Positions 1 through 10,326 of a DNA stretch of 64,000 nucleotides are shown in pieces. The notes beneath the pieces are model-generated. The model ran no database searches and was not told where the DNA came from. It saw nothing but the letters and a program-made list of their open reading frames with translations. Positions within the stretch are counted from its first letter, which is position 1. The number at the start of each line of letters is the position of its first letter. The translations under genes and the position numbers were made by a program. The stretch covers positions 1 to 64,000 of the forward strand of contig CAWGVS010000001.1 in NCBI GenBank assembly GCA_963826115.1, in the 5' to 3' direction. This DNA is from an uncultured Candidatus Rokubacteria bacterium. GTDB lineage: Bacteria > Methylomirabilota > Methylomirabilia > Rokubacteriales > DASRDR01.

Positions 1-518
1 GCCATCCGGCAGTTCGATAGGGCACTTCGGTCGCTGAATGGGAGTTCGCCTGCTGTCGAAGAGCAGATCGGCTTTGTGGTGATTTCGAAAGCTGACGCAC
101 TCAAAGCGGTAGGCAGGCAGCTTGACGCGCTACGATTGCTTCGTGATCGATTGCGAAGAACTCGAGGTCGTGACACTCGCGCGCTTCTGGAGGCTGCAGT
201 TGAACGCGTGCTGCGATCTCGGTCTGGCAAGCAGTGACGTGAACACGGCACCCACTTCGCGAGAAACGGGTCGATCCGCCAGGCCTCACCACACTGCAGT
301 CGAGACGACGCGAGGTCCTCGGCCCCGCTGACTGTGGGTAAGTTCGCCGAAGCCGGGCCAATCGCGTCCGACTGTCTATCTCGGCTCGCAGGTCGAGCGG
401 CGCAGCCTCGTCGCAGCGCCATCGACAGGCCTGGTCGGCTGCGGACACAATCCGACATCGCAGGCGCGCTCGTACTACGGGCATGGAAGGCCCGACGCTG
501 GCCTCCGAGGAGGGCCCG

Positions 519-1604
519 ATGACCCGACCCGCGGTCTCGACCCCGACAGCAGCGGCCCCGGGCTGGCCCGAGGTCATCGCGCGCTATCTCGAGCGGCTCG
601 AGCTCGTCCACTACGCGCCCGACACGGTGCACGTCCGGGCGTGCTACCTGCGGTACTTCGCCGCCTGGGCCGAGATGCACGGGATCACGACGCCGGCGCG
701 CGTGACGCGGGACGTCCTGGAACGCTACCGGCGCGCGCTCCATCAGTACCGGCAGCGTACGGGCGCGCCGCTCAGCGCCTGGAGCCAGCACGGGCGGCTC
801 GTTGCGGTCAAAGGCCTCTTCCGCTGGCTCGCGGCTGAGCGCCGGCTCCGGGCCGATCCCGCGGCCGAGCTCGAGCTTCCGCGGGTGACGGCCCAGCGTC
901 TCCCGCAGCCACTCACCGAGGCGGAGATCGCTCGGGTGCTGGCGCAGCCGGACCTCGCCACGCCGACCGGGCTCCGCGACCGGGCGCTGCTGGAGACCGG
1001 CTACTCCACGGGCCTCCGGCGGATGGAGCTGATCCGGCTGCGCCGCGGCGACCTCGACCTCGCCCGCGGCGTGTGCATGGTCCGCGAGGGCAAGGGGCGG
1101 AAGGATCGCGTCGTCCCGATCGGGGAACGCGCCGCGGCCTGGCTGTCGAGGTACCTCGACGAGGCCCGGCCCATGCTGGTGGCCGAGCCCGACGAAGGCG
1201 TGGTCTTCCTCACCCGCGCCGGCCGGCCCGTTCATCGGAACCATTGCTCCCGCCTCGTCCGGGAATACGTCGTGGCCGCCGGCATCCGGAAGCGCGGGGC
1301 CTGCCACCTTCTGCGCCACACCATGGCGACGGAGATGCTGGAGCGCGGCGCCGACGTGCGGGTGATCCAGGAGATCCTCGGCCACGCGCGGCTGACGACG
1401 ACCCAGATCTACACCCACGTCTCGATCCGGCTGCTCAAGGCCGTCCACACGGCCACGCATCCCCTGGCCACGCTCGGGCGGCCCGCGCGAGCCGCCAAGC
1501 CCCCTGCGCCGCATCGCTTGCCAATGGCCGCCTCCGTAAGGCCCGAAAGGGACAGTCCCGCGGCGACGCCGGCCGTCGGCGAGGCAGACCGACTCCTCGC
1601 ATAG
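519..1604 (+). CDS. XerC/XerD-like tyrosine recombinase (integrase)
   Basis: RDRALLETGYSTGLRRMEL (catalytic R), GKGRKDR, HLLRH and LGHARLTTTQIYTHV (H, Y); GAGGAGG RBS before ATG 519. Confidence 0.9.
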   Translation: MTRPAVSTPTAAAPGWPEVIARYLERLELVHYAPDTVHVRACYLRYFAAWAEMHGITTPARVTRDVLERYRRALHQYRQRTGAPLSAWSQHGRLVAVKGLFRWLAAERRLRADPAAELELPRVTAQRLPQPLTEAEIARVLAQPDLATPTGLRDRALLETGYSTGLRRMELIRLRRGDLDLARGVCMVREGKGRKDRVVPIGERAAAWLSRYLDEARPMLVAEPDEGVVFLTRAGRPVHRNHCSRLVREYVVAAGIRKRGACHLLRHTMATEMLERGADVRVIQEILGHARLTTTQIYTHVSIRLLKAVHTATHPLATLGRPARAAKPPAPHRLPMAASVRPERDSPAATPAVGEADRLLA

Positions 1605-1782
1605 GGCCTGCCGGCATCTCGCCCGCGGCGAAGACCAGCGCGACCTCCCGGGTGGGCGTCCGTCGCGCCAGGCCCGGAACGAGGCGCGTTGCGAGTCGGC
1701 CTGGCGCGGGAGCCCCGGAGCGCGCACAATCGAGACGCGACGGCCGGTGGCGCGAGGGCGCCGGCCGAGGGAGGTCGCGACG

Positions 1783-2421
1783 ATGCGGCGATTGCAGGGG
1801 GCCTGGATCTGGCTCGCCGTCGCCCTGACGCTCGTGGGCGCGGCGGCCGGCGGGCGGGCAAGGCTCGCGGAGGCCGGACCGCCCGAGGCGACGGTCGTGC
1901 TCGCGGGCGGGTGCTTCTGGGGCGTCCAGGGCGTCTTCCAGCGGGTCCGGGGCGTGACGCGGGCCGTCTCCGGGTATGCGGGCGGCGCGGCGGACACCGC
2001 TCGCTACGAGCTCGTCAGCCGCGGCACCACGGGGCACGCGGAGTCCGTCGAGGTCACGTTCGACCCGGCGCAGGTCTCCTACGCGCAGGTCCTCGAGGTG
2101 TTCTTCTCGGTGGCCCACGACCCGACGCAGCTGAACCGCCAGGGGCCGGACGTCGGCACCCAGTACCGCTCGGCGATCTTCTACGCCGCGACGGAGCAGA
2201 AGGCCGGCGCCCAGGCGTTCATCGACCGGCTCGCCGCGGCGAAGGCCTACCCGCGGGCGATCGTGACGCAGGTGGTCCCGCTCGCCAAGTTCTACCCGGC
2301 CGAGGCCTACCACCAGAACTACCTGAACAAGCACCCCGACGAGCCGTACATCGTCTTCCACGACTGGCCGAAGATCGACGCCCTCCGGAAGCGGTTCCCG
2401 GCCCTCTACGTCGAGCGCTAG
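1783..2421 (+). CDS. msrA: Peptide-methionine (S)-S-oxide reductase MsrA with N-terminal signal peptide
   Basis: GGCFWG, TGHAESV, HDPTQLNRQGPDVGTQYRSAIF, FYPAEAYHQNY; GGAGG RBS; hydrophobic N-terminus. Confidence 0.95.
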   Translation: MRRLQGAWIWLAVALTLVGAAAGGRARLAEAGPPEATVVLAGGCFWGVQGVFQRVRGVTRAVSGYAGGAADTARYELVSRGTTGHAESVEVTFDPAQVSYAQVLEVFFSVAHDPTQLNRQGPDVGTQYRSAIFYAATEQKAGAQAFIDRLAAAKAYPRAIVTQVVPLAKFYPAEAYHQNYLNKHPDEPYIVFHDWPKIDALRKRFPALYVER

Positions 2422-2871
2422 CTAGCGGCGCGGCCGGCTCGGCTTCCGGCGGCGGCCGGCTCCCGCGGCGCGGCGCGCGCCGCGTCCCACGTAGGCGACC
2501 GCCTGGATCTCGAACATGTACGGCGGGAGGAGACCCGCCTCCACCGTGGCGCGGACCGGCATGGGCTGGCGCGTGAAGTAGGTGCCGTAGATCGCGTTCA
2601 TCGCCTCCCAGTTCCGCCAGTCGCTGACCCAGCACCGCACGGACAGCACCCGGTCGAGCGACGAGCCGGCCGACTCCAGCACCTCCTTCAGGTTGTCGAG
2701 CGCCTTCCGGACCTGCGCGCCGAAGTCCGTGTCGGACACGGGCCGGCCGGTTCGGAAGTCGATGCCGACCAGGCCGGAGGTGTAGACGGTGTCGCCGTGG
2801 CGAAGGGCGACGCTCGCGATCGGGCCGAAGAAACCGGGGTTCGACGGGTTGAACGCAACGGGTCTCGGCAT
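2422..2871 (-). CDS. RidA/YjgF/UK114 family protein
   Basis: VYTSGLVG, QVRKALDNLKEVLESAGSSLDRV, MNAIYGTYF, P-x-R-A-T-V, EIQAVA. Confidence 0.85.
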   Translation of the reverse strand: MPRPVAFNPSNPGFFGPIASVALRHGDTVYTSGLVGIDFRTGRPVSDTDFGAQVRKALDNLKEVLESAGSSLDRVLSVRCWVSDWRNWEAMNAIYGTYFTRQPMPVRATVEAGLLPPYMFEIQAVAYVGRGARRAAGAGRRRKPSRPRR

Positions 2872-2923
2872 CGTGGGTCCTCCTCTCCGGTCCTCGGCGG
2901 GACCGGTGTCTGGCCTGGATCCC

Positions 2924-4447
2924 TCAGCGCTGTACGTGGAGGTGCAGGATCTTCCCGGAGCCGGTGACGATCGGCGTGCGCCGCTCGACCGTGAGCAGCC
3001 CCGGCGCGCGCCAGGCGTCGGCCATGACGGCGGCCGCCTCGGAGCCGGCGCTCACCGCCCCGAGGAAGGTCTCCACCACGGCCGCGTCGTCGACCGGCCC
3101 CACGGCGGGCGCGACGAGCAGCCGGAGCCGGAGCGCGCCGTTCGGACCGGGCTCCTCGACGAGCTGGTAGTGCGTGGGTCCGCCGCCGAATCGCCCTGGC
3201 AGCACCTCCTCCAGGAGCCGGATCACCTCCGAGTCGAGGAACGTCATGCCTCCGGCCGTGAGCTTCTCGTAGCTCCGGATGGTGTGGAGCCGGCGCGTCC
3301 ACCCGATGCGCTCGACGGGGCAGCCACACCGGCCGGTCCCCTCGATCGCCTGATCGCCCATCGAGACGTTCAGGAGCACGAGCGGCGCGGCGGGACGGAG
3401 GGACGTGAGGAGCAGCGTGCGCGGCGGGAGGACGGAATGGTCGGGCGGAGGCTGGACGACGGCGTGAAGGTCGTCCACGACGTGCACCTCGTCCGGCGCC
3501 TCCCCCGCGAGACAGCCGAATCCCACCGCCCCGCACTCCACGATGCCGTAGCGCGGCACCACCTGGGCGCCGACGGCCTCGATCGCGGCGCGTTGGGCCG
3601 CCGTGAGCGGCTCGCCCACCACCATGAACCGCCCGCCGCGAAGGTCGATGCCCGCGTCCCGCGCCGCGTAGCAGAGCCGCGTGGCCGCGCTGACGTACGC
3701 GTGGACGTGAGGCGACGCCCCGCGCGCGAGGTGCGCCGCCATCCAGCGCGCGATCGGCAGCGGCGCGTCGACGGACACGTGCTCCGGACCGGGAAACGCC
3801 CGGCCGGCGAGGCCGCCGGCGGCGCGGAGCAGGCGGGCGCTCCATCGATAGCGGGGGTGGATGCCCCGCGCGCCCGGATCCACCTGTGAGAACCACCGCT
3901 CGGGCGACCGGCCGAAGGCGGCGTACTCGAGAAGCCGCGCGATCGCGCCGCTTCCCGGCACCTGCCAGAGCGCGCGCCGCCAGTCGAGGCCGCCGCAGGC
4001 ATCGAACAGGAGACACGTGTCCTCCGCCGCCTCGTGGATGAACGCGAGGTCCATGAGGACGGCGGTCCCCGTGCTCCGGCTGCCTCCGCTGTGTGCGGGC
4101 ACGTGGCCCGCCGACCGGGGATTCTGGAACTCGGCGGGATCGATGGGACGCGTGAGGCGTCCCCGGACGATCGGGCGGCGGCCCTTGAACTCGTCGACCG
4201 TGACGTAGACGCCGGCGCGGAGGAGCGCGCCGAGCGCCCCCTCGGCCCCGTCGGCGCGCACGAGGCGCTCGAGGTCACCCAGCTCGCACCCCGCATGGTC
4301 GAGGAGCGCGCGATACGGACCCCCGGCCCGCTCGTAGGCGACGGAGCGCACGAGGTCGAGGAAGTCCCGGCCACGCGTCTCCTGGCGACGGCGCAGGGCC
4401 GCGCGCGCCGTGTCCACCGTGATGGGCCGGCGGAAGAACCGCGGCAC
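2924..4447 (-). CDS. Phenylacetate-CoA ligase/CapK-like adenylate-forming protein
   Basis: HSGGSRSTG P-loop-like segment, VGEPLT, YGIVECG, LLNVSMGDQA...CGCP, C-terminal TGSGKILH. Confidence 0.6.
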   Translation of the reverse strand: MPRFFRRPITVDTARAALRRRQETRGRDFLDLVRSVAYERAGGPYRALLDHAGCELGDLERLVRADGAEGALGALLRAGVYVTVDEFKGRRPIVRGRLTRPIDPAEFQNPRSAGHVPAHSGGSRSTGTAVLMDLAFIHEAAEDTCLLFDACGGLDWRRALWQVPGSGAIARLLEYAAFGRSPERWFSQVDPGARGIHPRYRWSARLLRAAGGLAGRAFPGPEHVSVDAPLPIARWMAAHLARGASPHVHAYVSAATRLCYAARDAGIDLRGGRFMVVGEPLTAAQRAAIEAVGAQVVPRYGIVECGAVGFGCLAGEAPDEVHVVDDLHAVVQPPPDHSVLPPRTLLLTSLRPAAPLVLLNVSMGDQAIEGTGRCGCPVERIGWTRRLHTIRSYEKLTAGGMTFLDSEVIRLLEEVLPGRFGGGPTHYQLVEEPGPNGALRLRLLVAPAVGPVDDAAVVETFLGAVSAGSEAAAVMADAWRAPGLLTVERRTPIVTGSGKILHLHVQR

Positions 4448-4499
4448 GTCCGACAGGAATCGGACGCCCGCGCGGGCGTCGTCGAGAAGCGCGATCGCC

Positions 4500-5600
4500 C
4501 TACCCGCTCCGCCCGACGGACCGCAGCCGGGCGGGATCGAAGGCGCGGAGGTCGAGCGACCGGGCGGTGCCGTCCACGATCAGCTCGGCGAGGGCGAGGC
4601 CCGTGCCGGGCGCGTTCAGCATGCCCCACGGGCCGTGGCCGGTGGCGACGTAGGCGCCCGTCATGCCGGGCACGCGCCCGATCAGCGGGATGCCGTCGTC
4701 GGTGACGGGGCGATAGCACGCTTGCCGGCGCTCGATGGGCGCGGCGGCCAGCGCGGCGGAGACGCGCCCGGCGGCGCGGGCCAGGACCGCGCAGCCGGCG
4801 TCGCTCACCTCGACGCCCTCCGCCGACTCCGGCAAGGGCTGCCGGTCGGCCATCCCGCACACGTACACGGTGCCGTCGGGCCGCGGGATGACCTCCGGCT
4901 CGAGGGCGAGGCCGTCGGCCGTCCGGTAGTCCATGAACAGGGCGTGGGCCGGCACGTCCGCCAGGGCGAGCGTCACGCTGTAGCCCTTGAGCCCCTGGAT
5001 TCGCGGCAGGGCCACGCCGTCGACGCGGCCGGTCCACGGGCCCATCGCGAGAACGACCGCGTCGGCCTCGAGCGTCTCCCCGTCCACCGCGACCCGGGCC
5101 CCCGCCCCGCCGCCGGCCGTCACGCGCCGGACCGCGCCCGTCCGGAGCGTGGCGCCACGCGCCTGGGCGGCGTCGAGGAGCGCGGCGGTGAAGCGGGCGG
5201 GATGGACCTGGGCCGTCGTCTCCGTGGAGCCGAGCGCCCCCGCCACGATCGCGGGCCCGTCGATCCACGTCGGGACGGCGCGGATGCGATGACCGCCGGC
5301 GACCGGGCCCTGCTCGCGGGCCGCCAGCGCGTAGGTCTCCATGCGGCGGTAGCCGTAGTCGGTGGAGATCTCGCGGGCGAGCTCGCTGTGGAGGGCGAAG
5401 CTCAGCCGCGCGAGCGGCTCGACCGGCGAGCCGTCGCACCAGTCGAGCGCGAGGAAGCCGCCGGATTTCCCGGACGCCGCGCAGGCCACGCCGGTGCGCT
5501 CCACCACCGTGACGGCGAGGCCGCGCCGGGTGAGGAAGTAGGCGACGGCGGCGCCCATGACGCCGGCGCCGCAGACGATGACGTGACGGGGCGAGACCAT
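4500..5600 (-). CDS. FAD-dependent oxidoreductase (DAO/glycine oxidase family)
   Basis: GAGVMG Rossmann motif, ASGKSGGFL, QACYRP..DGIPLIG, ATGHGPWGML. Confidence 0.85.
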   Translation of the reverse strand: MVSPRHVIVCGAGVMGAAVAYFLTRRGLAVTVVERTGVACAASGKSGGFLALDWCDGSPVEPLARLSFALHSELAREISTDYGYRRMETYALAAREQGPVAGGHRIRAVPTWIDGPAIVAGALGSTETTAQVHPARFTAALLDAAQARGATLRTGAVRRVTAGGGAGARVAVDGETLEADAVVLAMGPWTGRVDGVALPRIQGLKGYSVTLALADVPAHALFMDYRTADGLALEPEVIPRPDGTVYVCGMADRQPLPESAEGVEVSDAGCAVLARAAGRVSAALAAAPIERRQACYRPVTDDGIPLIGRVPGMTGAYVATGHGPWGMLNAPGTGLALAELIVDGTARSLDLRAFDPARLRSVGRSG

Positions 5601-5744
5601 GGCCGTGTGCTCGACAGGGTAGTACGAGTCGCTAGCGACCCCAAGGCGGCCCGGGACCGGCGTCCGCGGAACGACCGAAGGTGAAATCGAGAGGCGGCGC
5701 CGTACGGGCCGCCGCCTCTCTGAGCCCCCGAAGGGCCCCTCCGG

Positions 5745-6650
5745 CTAGGGCAGGACGTCGAGGAAGGCCTGGGTGATGACCCCGTAGCCGTCGGTGGTGG
5801 CGTGGATGTTGCCGAGCTGGCACATGTACGTGAGGACACAGATGTTCAGGACATTCTGGGGAATGGTCGCATCCGGAGGGAAATAGGGCGGGAGCGGGAA
5901 CCAATCCGGCGGCTCCACCAACGTGCCGTCGCCCGTGCCGAAGGCCGTGGCGACGTCGGCCACCGGCATGCCGAACAGCTGGTAGATGGAGCCGAGGAGC
6001 CCGTTGTAGGCCGCGACGAGCTGATTGGACTGCTGAGCGAGCGCCTCGCCGGAGTGCTCGGGAAGCAGCCAGGCGGCGAGGAACGGATTGTAGTAGTTCA
6101 TGCCGACGATCGGGACGTCCGGCCCGGCCGCCAGCCGGAGGGCCTTGAGGATCTTGGGCAGGTTCGCGCCAACGCTGCCGAATGCGTCCTGCACGCATTC
6201 CGGGTCGATCCCCGTCGCGATGCTGCCGCAGATCTCGATGTCGTTGGCGCCGATGTCGATCGTGACGAGCTTCACCGATCCGCGGTGCAAGAGGAGGAAC
6301 GCCACGGCGTCGGCCAGCTGGACCCGCAGCTTGTACTGGCTCCGGCAGTCGCTCGGCCCGCGCAGCATCTGCTCCGAGGTCTCGGTGACGGCGCAGCCGA
6401 GCTTCTTCAGCTCGAGATTCCCGTACTTTTTCGTGGCCTTCAGGTGCTGGTAGAGCTGGTCGGCATACCCGTTCGTGGTGGGCTCGTTGCCGTTTTGGCC
6501 GGGCTGGACGCCCACCGACAGCGAATCCCCTACCGCCAGGTACCAGACCTTCTTCGGGGGACCCCCGGCCTGGGCCGGGGCGGCCAGGGCGACGAGGCCC
6601 GTGAGGACCAGGAGCATGGTCACGGTCTTCCACGCGCGTCCGGTTCGCAT
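5745..6650 (-). CDS. Secreted SGNH/GDSL hydrolase
   Basis: Signal peptide ending APAQA; GDSLS block I, IGAND block III, NIHAT block V. Confidence 0.85.
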   Translation of the reverse strand: MRTGRAWKTVTMLLVLTGLVALAAPAQAGGPPKKVWYLAVGDSLSVGVQPGQNGNEPTTNGYADQLYQHLKATKKYGNLELKKLGCAVTETSEQMLRGPSDCRSQYKLRVQLADAVAFLLLHRGSVKLVTIDIGANDIEICGSIATGIDPECVQDAFGSVGANLPKILKALRLAAGPDVPIVGMNYYNPFLAAWLLPEHSGEALAQQSNQLVAAYNGLLGSIYQLFGMPVADVATAFGTGDGTLVEPPDWFPLPPYFPPDATIPQNVLNICVLTYMCQLGNIHATTDGYGVITQAFLDVLP

Positions 6651-6724
6651 CGCATCTCCTCCGCTCGGTCGGTTGGAGGGCCACGCCCCTCCCGGCGTGG
6701 GTGCCGTGGGGCTGCCTCCACCAG

Positions 6725-6740
6725 AGCAAGGACATCGCCA
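6725..6740 (-). promoter_or_regulatory. Putative sigma54 -24/-12 promoter of the SGNH hydrolase gene
   Basis: Minus strand TGGCGATGTCCTTGCT (GG-N10-GC), about 75 bp upstream of ATG 6650. Confidence 0.55.
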
Positions 6741-6864
6741 TGCGAGAGGTCCAGTGACGACGCGGGGTTGCGCGACGGGGTCCGTCGCGCGACCCCGGTC
6801 AGGCGGGGGAAGAGTCGGCGGTTTGGGGACCGGTCACCCGAGTCGGGGGCTGAAAGTTTTCCCT

Positions 6865-7665
6865 CTACCCGGTGACGCGGCCGCCGTCGACGGTGATCGC
6901 CTGGCCGGTCAGGTAGGCCGCATCGGCCGAGACCAGGAAGGCCACGACGGCGGCGACGTCCTCCGCCGACGCCAGCCGGCCGAGCGGGATGGGCTCGGCC
7001 CACGCCGGCACCTCCGGCCGGCCGTGGAGGGCCCGGTCGCGCCGCACCTCGTCGATCATGTCCGTCTCGACGGTCCCCGGGCAGACGGCATTCACCGTGA
7101 TGCCGAGGTGCGCCACCTCGCGGGCGAGCGTCTCCGTGAGGCCGATGATCCCGAACTTCGCGAACGTGTAGGCGCCGAAGTAGGGGTTCCCGCGCTTCCC
7201 GCTGATCGACGAGACGTTGACGATCCGCCCGCCGGTCCCCTGCCGCGCCATGATCTCGACGGCCCGCCGCGAGCAGAGGAACGTCCCGGCGCCCATCACG
7301 TCGACGCAGCGCCGCCACTCGGCGAGGCTCGTGTCGACGACGAGCTTCGTGACGATGACCCCGGCGTTGTTGACCAGGATGTCCAGCCGGCCGACGGCCT
7401 CGAGCGTCCGCGTGAACAGGATCTCGACCTCGGCCTCCGAGGTGATGTCAGCGGTGAGTGCGACGGCCTCCGCGCCGTGCGCGCGGAGGCGGGCCGCCCC
7501 CGCCTCGAGCTCGTCCGTCCGCCCGGCGAAGTCCGTCAGGACGACCCGCGCGCCGTCCCGGGACAGTCGCGCGGCGATGGCGAACCCGAGGCCGCGCGGG
7601 CGGCCCGCGCCGGTCACGAGCGCGGTCTTCCCCTGCAGTCCGCTAAGGCCCCCCGTCTCCGTCAC
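6865..7665 (-). CDS. SDR family NAD(P)-dependent oxidoreductase
   Basis: TGAGRPRGLG, LVNNAG, YTFAK catalytic motif, VNAVCPG; GTG start overlaps the upstream TGA (GTGA). Confidence 0.9.
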   Translation of the reverse strand: MTETGGLSGLQGKTALVTGAGRPRGLGFAIAARLSRDGARVVLTDFAGRTDELEAGAARLRAHGAEAVALTADITSEAEVEILFTRTLEAVGRLDILVNNAGVIVTKLVVDTSLAEWRRCVDVMGAGTFLCSRRAVEIMARQGTGGRIVNVSSISGKRGNPYFGAYTFAKFGIIGLTETLAREVAHLGITVNAVCPGTVETDMIDEVRRDRALHGRPEVPAWAEPIPLGRLASAEDVAAVVAFLVSADAAYLTGQAITVDGGRVTG

Positions 7666-8972
7666 GCTCCCCTCCGTCTCCAGCGTCGCCAGACGGCACC
7701 CAGGCCGCCCGGCATGACCGCGAGGCGCCCCGCGGCTCGGACCTGGCTGGCGAGCGCGCCAGCAACGGACCGCCGCGCGCCGCGATCGGCCGCGCGGCGC
7801 GGCGCCCGGCAGAAGTCGCGGAGCGGCGCGACCGCGCGCTCCCAGGTCAGCTCGCGGGCGAGCGCCCCCGACCCCGCGCGGCAGCGCGCCAGGGCCGCCG
7901 GATCGTCCAGCAGGCGGCGGATCGCGGCCGCCCAGCCGTCCACGTCCCCCGGCGGCAGCGCCTCGCCCGCGCCGCGCGCCGCCACCGCGTCGGCGAGATC
8001 GTCGCCCCGCGTGCACAGGACCGGGAGGCCGGCCCAGAAGTAGTCGAGGAGTCGCACGCGGAAGGCGAACCGGCCCTCGAGGTGGTCCGGATGCGCGCAG
8101 ACCCCGATGTCGGACTCGAGGAGCGCGCCCTGACGTTCCGCGTACGGGATCCAGCCGGGGTTGAAGAACACGTGGCGATCAAGGACCCCGAGGGTGCGCG
8201 CCAGGGCGCCCGCCGCGTCGAGCATCGGCATCGGCCCGTGGCCCGGACGGGGATGCGCGCCCACGAAGACGAGCCGCACGTCCGGCCGCTCCACGGCGAC
8301 CCGGCCGACCGCGCGGATCACGGTGAGCGGATCGAGCCAGTCCCAGACCCCCCCGCCCCACAGGAGGAGCCGGTCGGACGGGCCGATCCCGGGCACCACG
8401 CCGCGGAACACCGGACGGGTCGCGTGGGGCGGCGTCGACGGCACCCCGAAGGGCACCATCATCAGGAACCGGTCGAGCCGCGGATCGTCATGCGCGGTGT
8501 CCCAGTTGAGCCGTCCGGCGGCGGCCAGCGCCCCGAGCCAGAGATCCCGCTGGCGCGCGCCGGCGCACAGAAACGCGTCCGCGCGCTGGCAGAGATGCAG
8601 CAGCCGGGCCGCGGCCATCCCCTGGACGACGCGCGCGTCCGCCCGCGGGAGGCCGCGGTGCGTCTCCAGGAGCTCGAGCGGCACGGGGTCGTCGAGGTCG
8701 ACCACGAGCACGCCGCGCGCCGCGGTGAGGGTCGCGAGCGGCAGCCGGTACGCCTGGCCGATGACGACGTCGGCCGCGCGGAGAAGCCCGGACAGGGTGC
8801 GGGGCGTGAAGGAGACGACGCGGAAGCCCTCCCCGGCGACGTCGGTGGGGCGCGGCGTGGCCAGCACGACCTCGACGTCGCCCGCGAGGTGCCGGGCCAT
8901 CTCCCAGTAGCGGATGCCGGGCGCCGACATGGTGCGGCCGATCGTGTCGCCGGCCAGGAGGAGCACCCTCAT
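7662..8972 (-). CDS. Glycosyltransferase family 4 (GT-B)
   Basis: MRVLLLAGD start, WGGGVWDWLDP, RLLDYFWAGLPVL, LTWERAV C-terminus. Confidence 0.8.
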   Translation of the reverse strand: MRVLLLAGDTIGRTMSAPGIRYWEMARHLAGDVEVVLATPRPTDVAGEGFRVVSFTPRTLSGLLRAADVVIGQAYRLPLATLTAARGVLVVDLDDPVPLELLETHRGLPRADARVVQGMAAARLLHLCQRADAFLCAGARQRDLWLGALAAAGRLNWDTAHDDPRLDRFLMMVPFGVPSTPPHATRPVFRGVVPGIGPSDRLLLWGGGVWDWLDPLTVIRAVGRVAVERPDVRLVFVGAHPRPGHGPMPMLDAAGALARTLGVLDRHVFFNPGWIPYAERQGALLESDIGVCAHPDHLEGRFAFRVRLLDYFWAGLPVLCTRGDDLADAVAARGAGEALPPGDVDGWAAAIRRLLDDPAALARCRAGSGALARELTWERAVAPLRDFCRAPRRAADRGARRSVAGALASQVRAAGRLAVMPGGLGAVWRRWRRRGA

Positions 8973-9136
8973 CGCCGGATCCCAGCGGTCGATGGCGATT
9001 TGGGACTTGACGCGCGCGAGCCGGTCGGCGATACATCGCGCATGCCCACGGAGATGGTCGTGTCCGCGACCACCGCCCCGATCCCTTGACGTCCCGACCG
9101 GCCAGCGATGCCCGCCCACAGCCCCGCGACCCTCCG

Positions 9137-10306
9137 ATGGTCGTGGTCTGCGAGCCTTACCCCGTCCTCTACGGCGCCCAGCGCTCGATGCTGGACCTCT
9201 ACGCGGAGTGGCAGCAGCAGGAGCGGTACCGGCTGCATCTCCTGTACTTCGCCGACGGTCCGATGGTCGACGCCGTCCGCCGGCTGGGCATTCCGGCCAC
9301 GCGGATCCCGGTGGGGCGGCGCGTCGGCTCCTATCACGGGCGAATCCTGAACCTTCGGTGGGGCGAGCTCCCGCTGGCGGGGCTGGAGCTCGTGCGTCTC
9401 GCCCGCGCGCTCGCCCGGCGTCTCGGCGAGCTGGGAGCGAGCCTGCTCCACAGCAACAACGAGCGTGCCGCGCTCATGACGTTCCTCGGCGCGCGCTGGG
9501 CCCGCTGCCCGATGATCACGCACATCCGGAGCGACGCCTCCCGCCATCGCCTGCAGCGGCTGGCCTACCGGGTCAGCCCCGAGGTCGTGTGGGTCTCCCA
9601 CCGGGTGCAGGACGACTTCGCGCGCCACTATGGCATGGCCGGCGTGAGAGGGCCCGTGATCCACAACGGACGGGCCATCTGCGGGCGCACCGGGCACGAG
9701 GCCTCGCCCTGGGCGGAGCTCGGTCTGCCCGAGGACGCCCGCGTCGCGCTGACCGTGGCGAGCCTCGAGGTCCGCAAGGGTCACGAGTGCCTGGTCGACG
9801 CCGCCAGGATCGCGTGCGCGAGCGACCCCCACGTGCACTTCGTCCTGGCCGGCGCGGATCTGTCGCCGGGCCAGGAGCGCGGGCGGACGATCCGGGCGCG
9901 CGTCGAGGCGGCGGGCCTCGCGTCGCGGGTGAGCCTGATCGGACACCGGGACGACGTCGACCGGCTCATGCGCGGCGCCGACGTCCTGGTCCACCCGGCG
10001 CGCAGCGAGGCGCTGAGCGGCGCCCTGATCGAGGCGGCCGGCCACGGCCTGCCCTGCGTCGCGACCGACACCGGCGGGACGGCCGAGATCGTCGAGACCG
10101 GCGTCACCGGTCTCCTCGTCCCGCCGGGGGACGCGCAGGCCCTGGCCGGCGCGGTGCTGGAGCTGCTCCGCGATCCCACGCGCAGCCGCGCGCTTGCCGC
10201 CCGCGCACGCCGGCAGTTCCTCGAGCGCTTCACCATCGAGCGTTGCGCGGAGCGCACCGCCGCCTTCTTCGACGAGGTCATGGGCCGACGGCGCGCGCCC
10301 GCGTGA
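9137..10306 (+). CDS. Glycosyltransferase family 4
   Basis: YGAQRS, RKGHECL, SEALSGALIEAAGHGLPCVATDTGG (E-x7-E). Confidence 0.88.
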   Translation: MVVVCEPYPVLYGAQRSMLDLYAEWQQQERYRLHLLYFADGPMVDAVRRLGIPATRIPVGRRVGSYHGRILNLRWGELPLAGLELVRLARALARRLGELGASLLHSNNERAALMTFLGARWARCPMITHIRSDASRHRLQRLAYRVSPEVVWVSHRVQDDFARHYGMAGVRGPVIHNGRAICGRTGHEASPWAELGLPEDARVALTVASLEVRKGHECLVDAARIACASDPHVHFVLAGADLSPGQERGRTIRARVEAAGLASRVSLIGHRDDVDRLMRGADVLVHPARSEALSGALIEAAGHGLPCVATDTGGTAEIVETGVTGLLVPPGDAQALAGAVLELLRDPTRSRALAARARRQFLERFTIERCAERTAAFFDEVMGRRRAPA

Positions 10307-10326
10307 CCACCGCTCCCTCTCCCCCA

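Noticed and set aside
101-577. Short ORFs at the window start
   Set aside because: No RBS, motifs or typical codon bias; treated as non-coding or decayed.
6765-6795. GC-rich inverted repeat as a mobile or REP element
   Set aside because: Single copy; more simply a terminator for the SDR gene or an activator site for the SGNH promoter.
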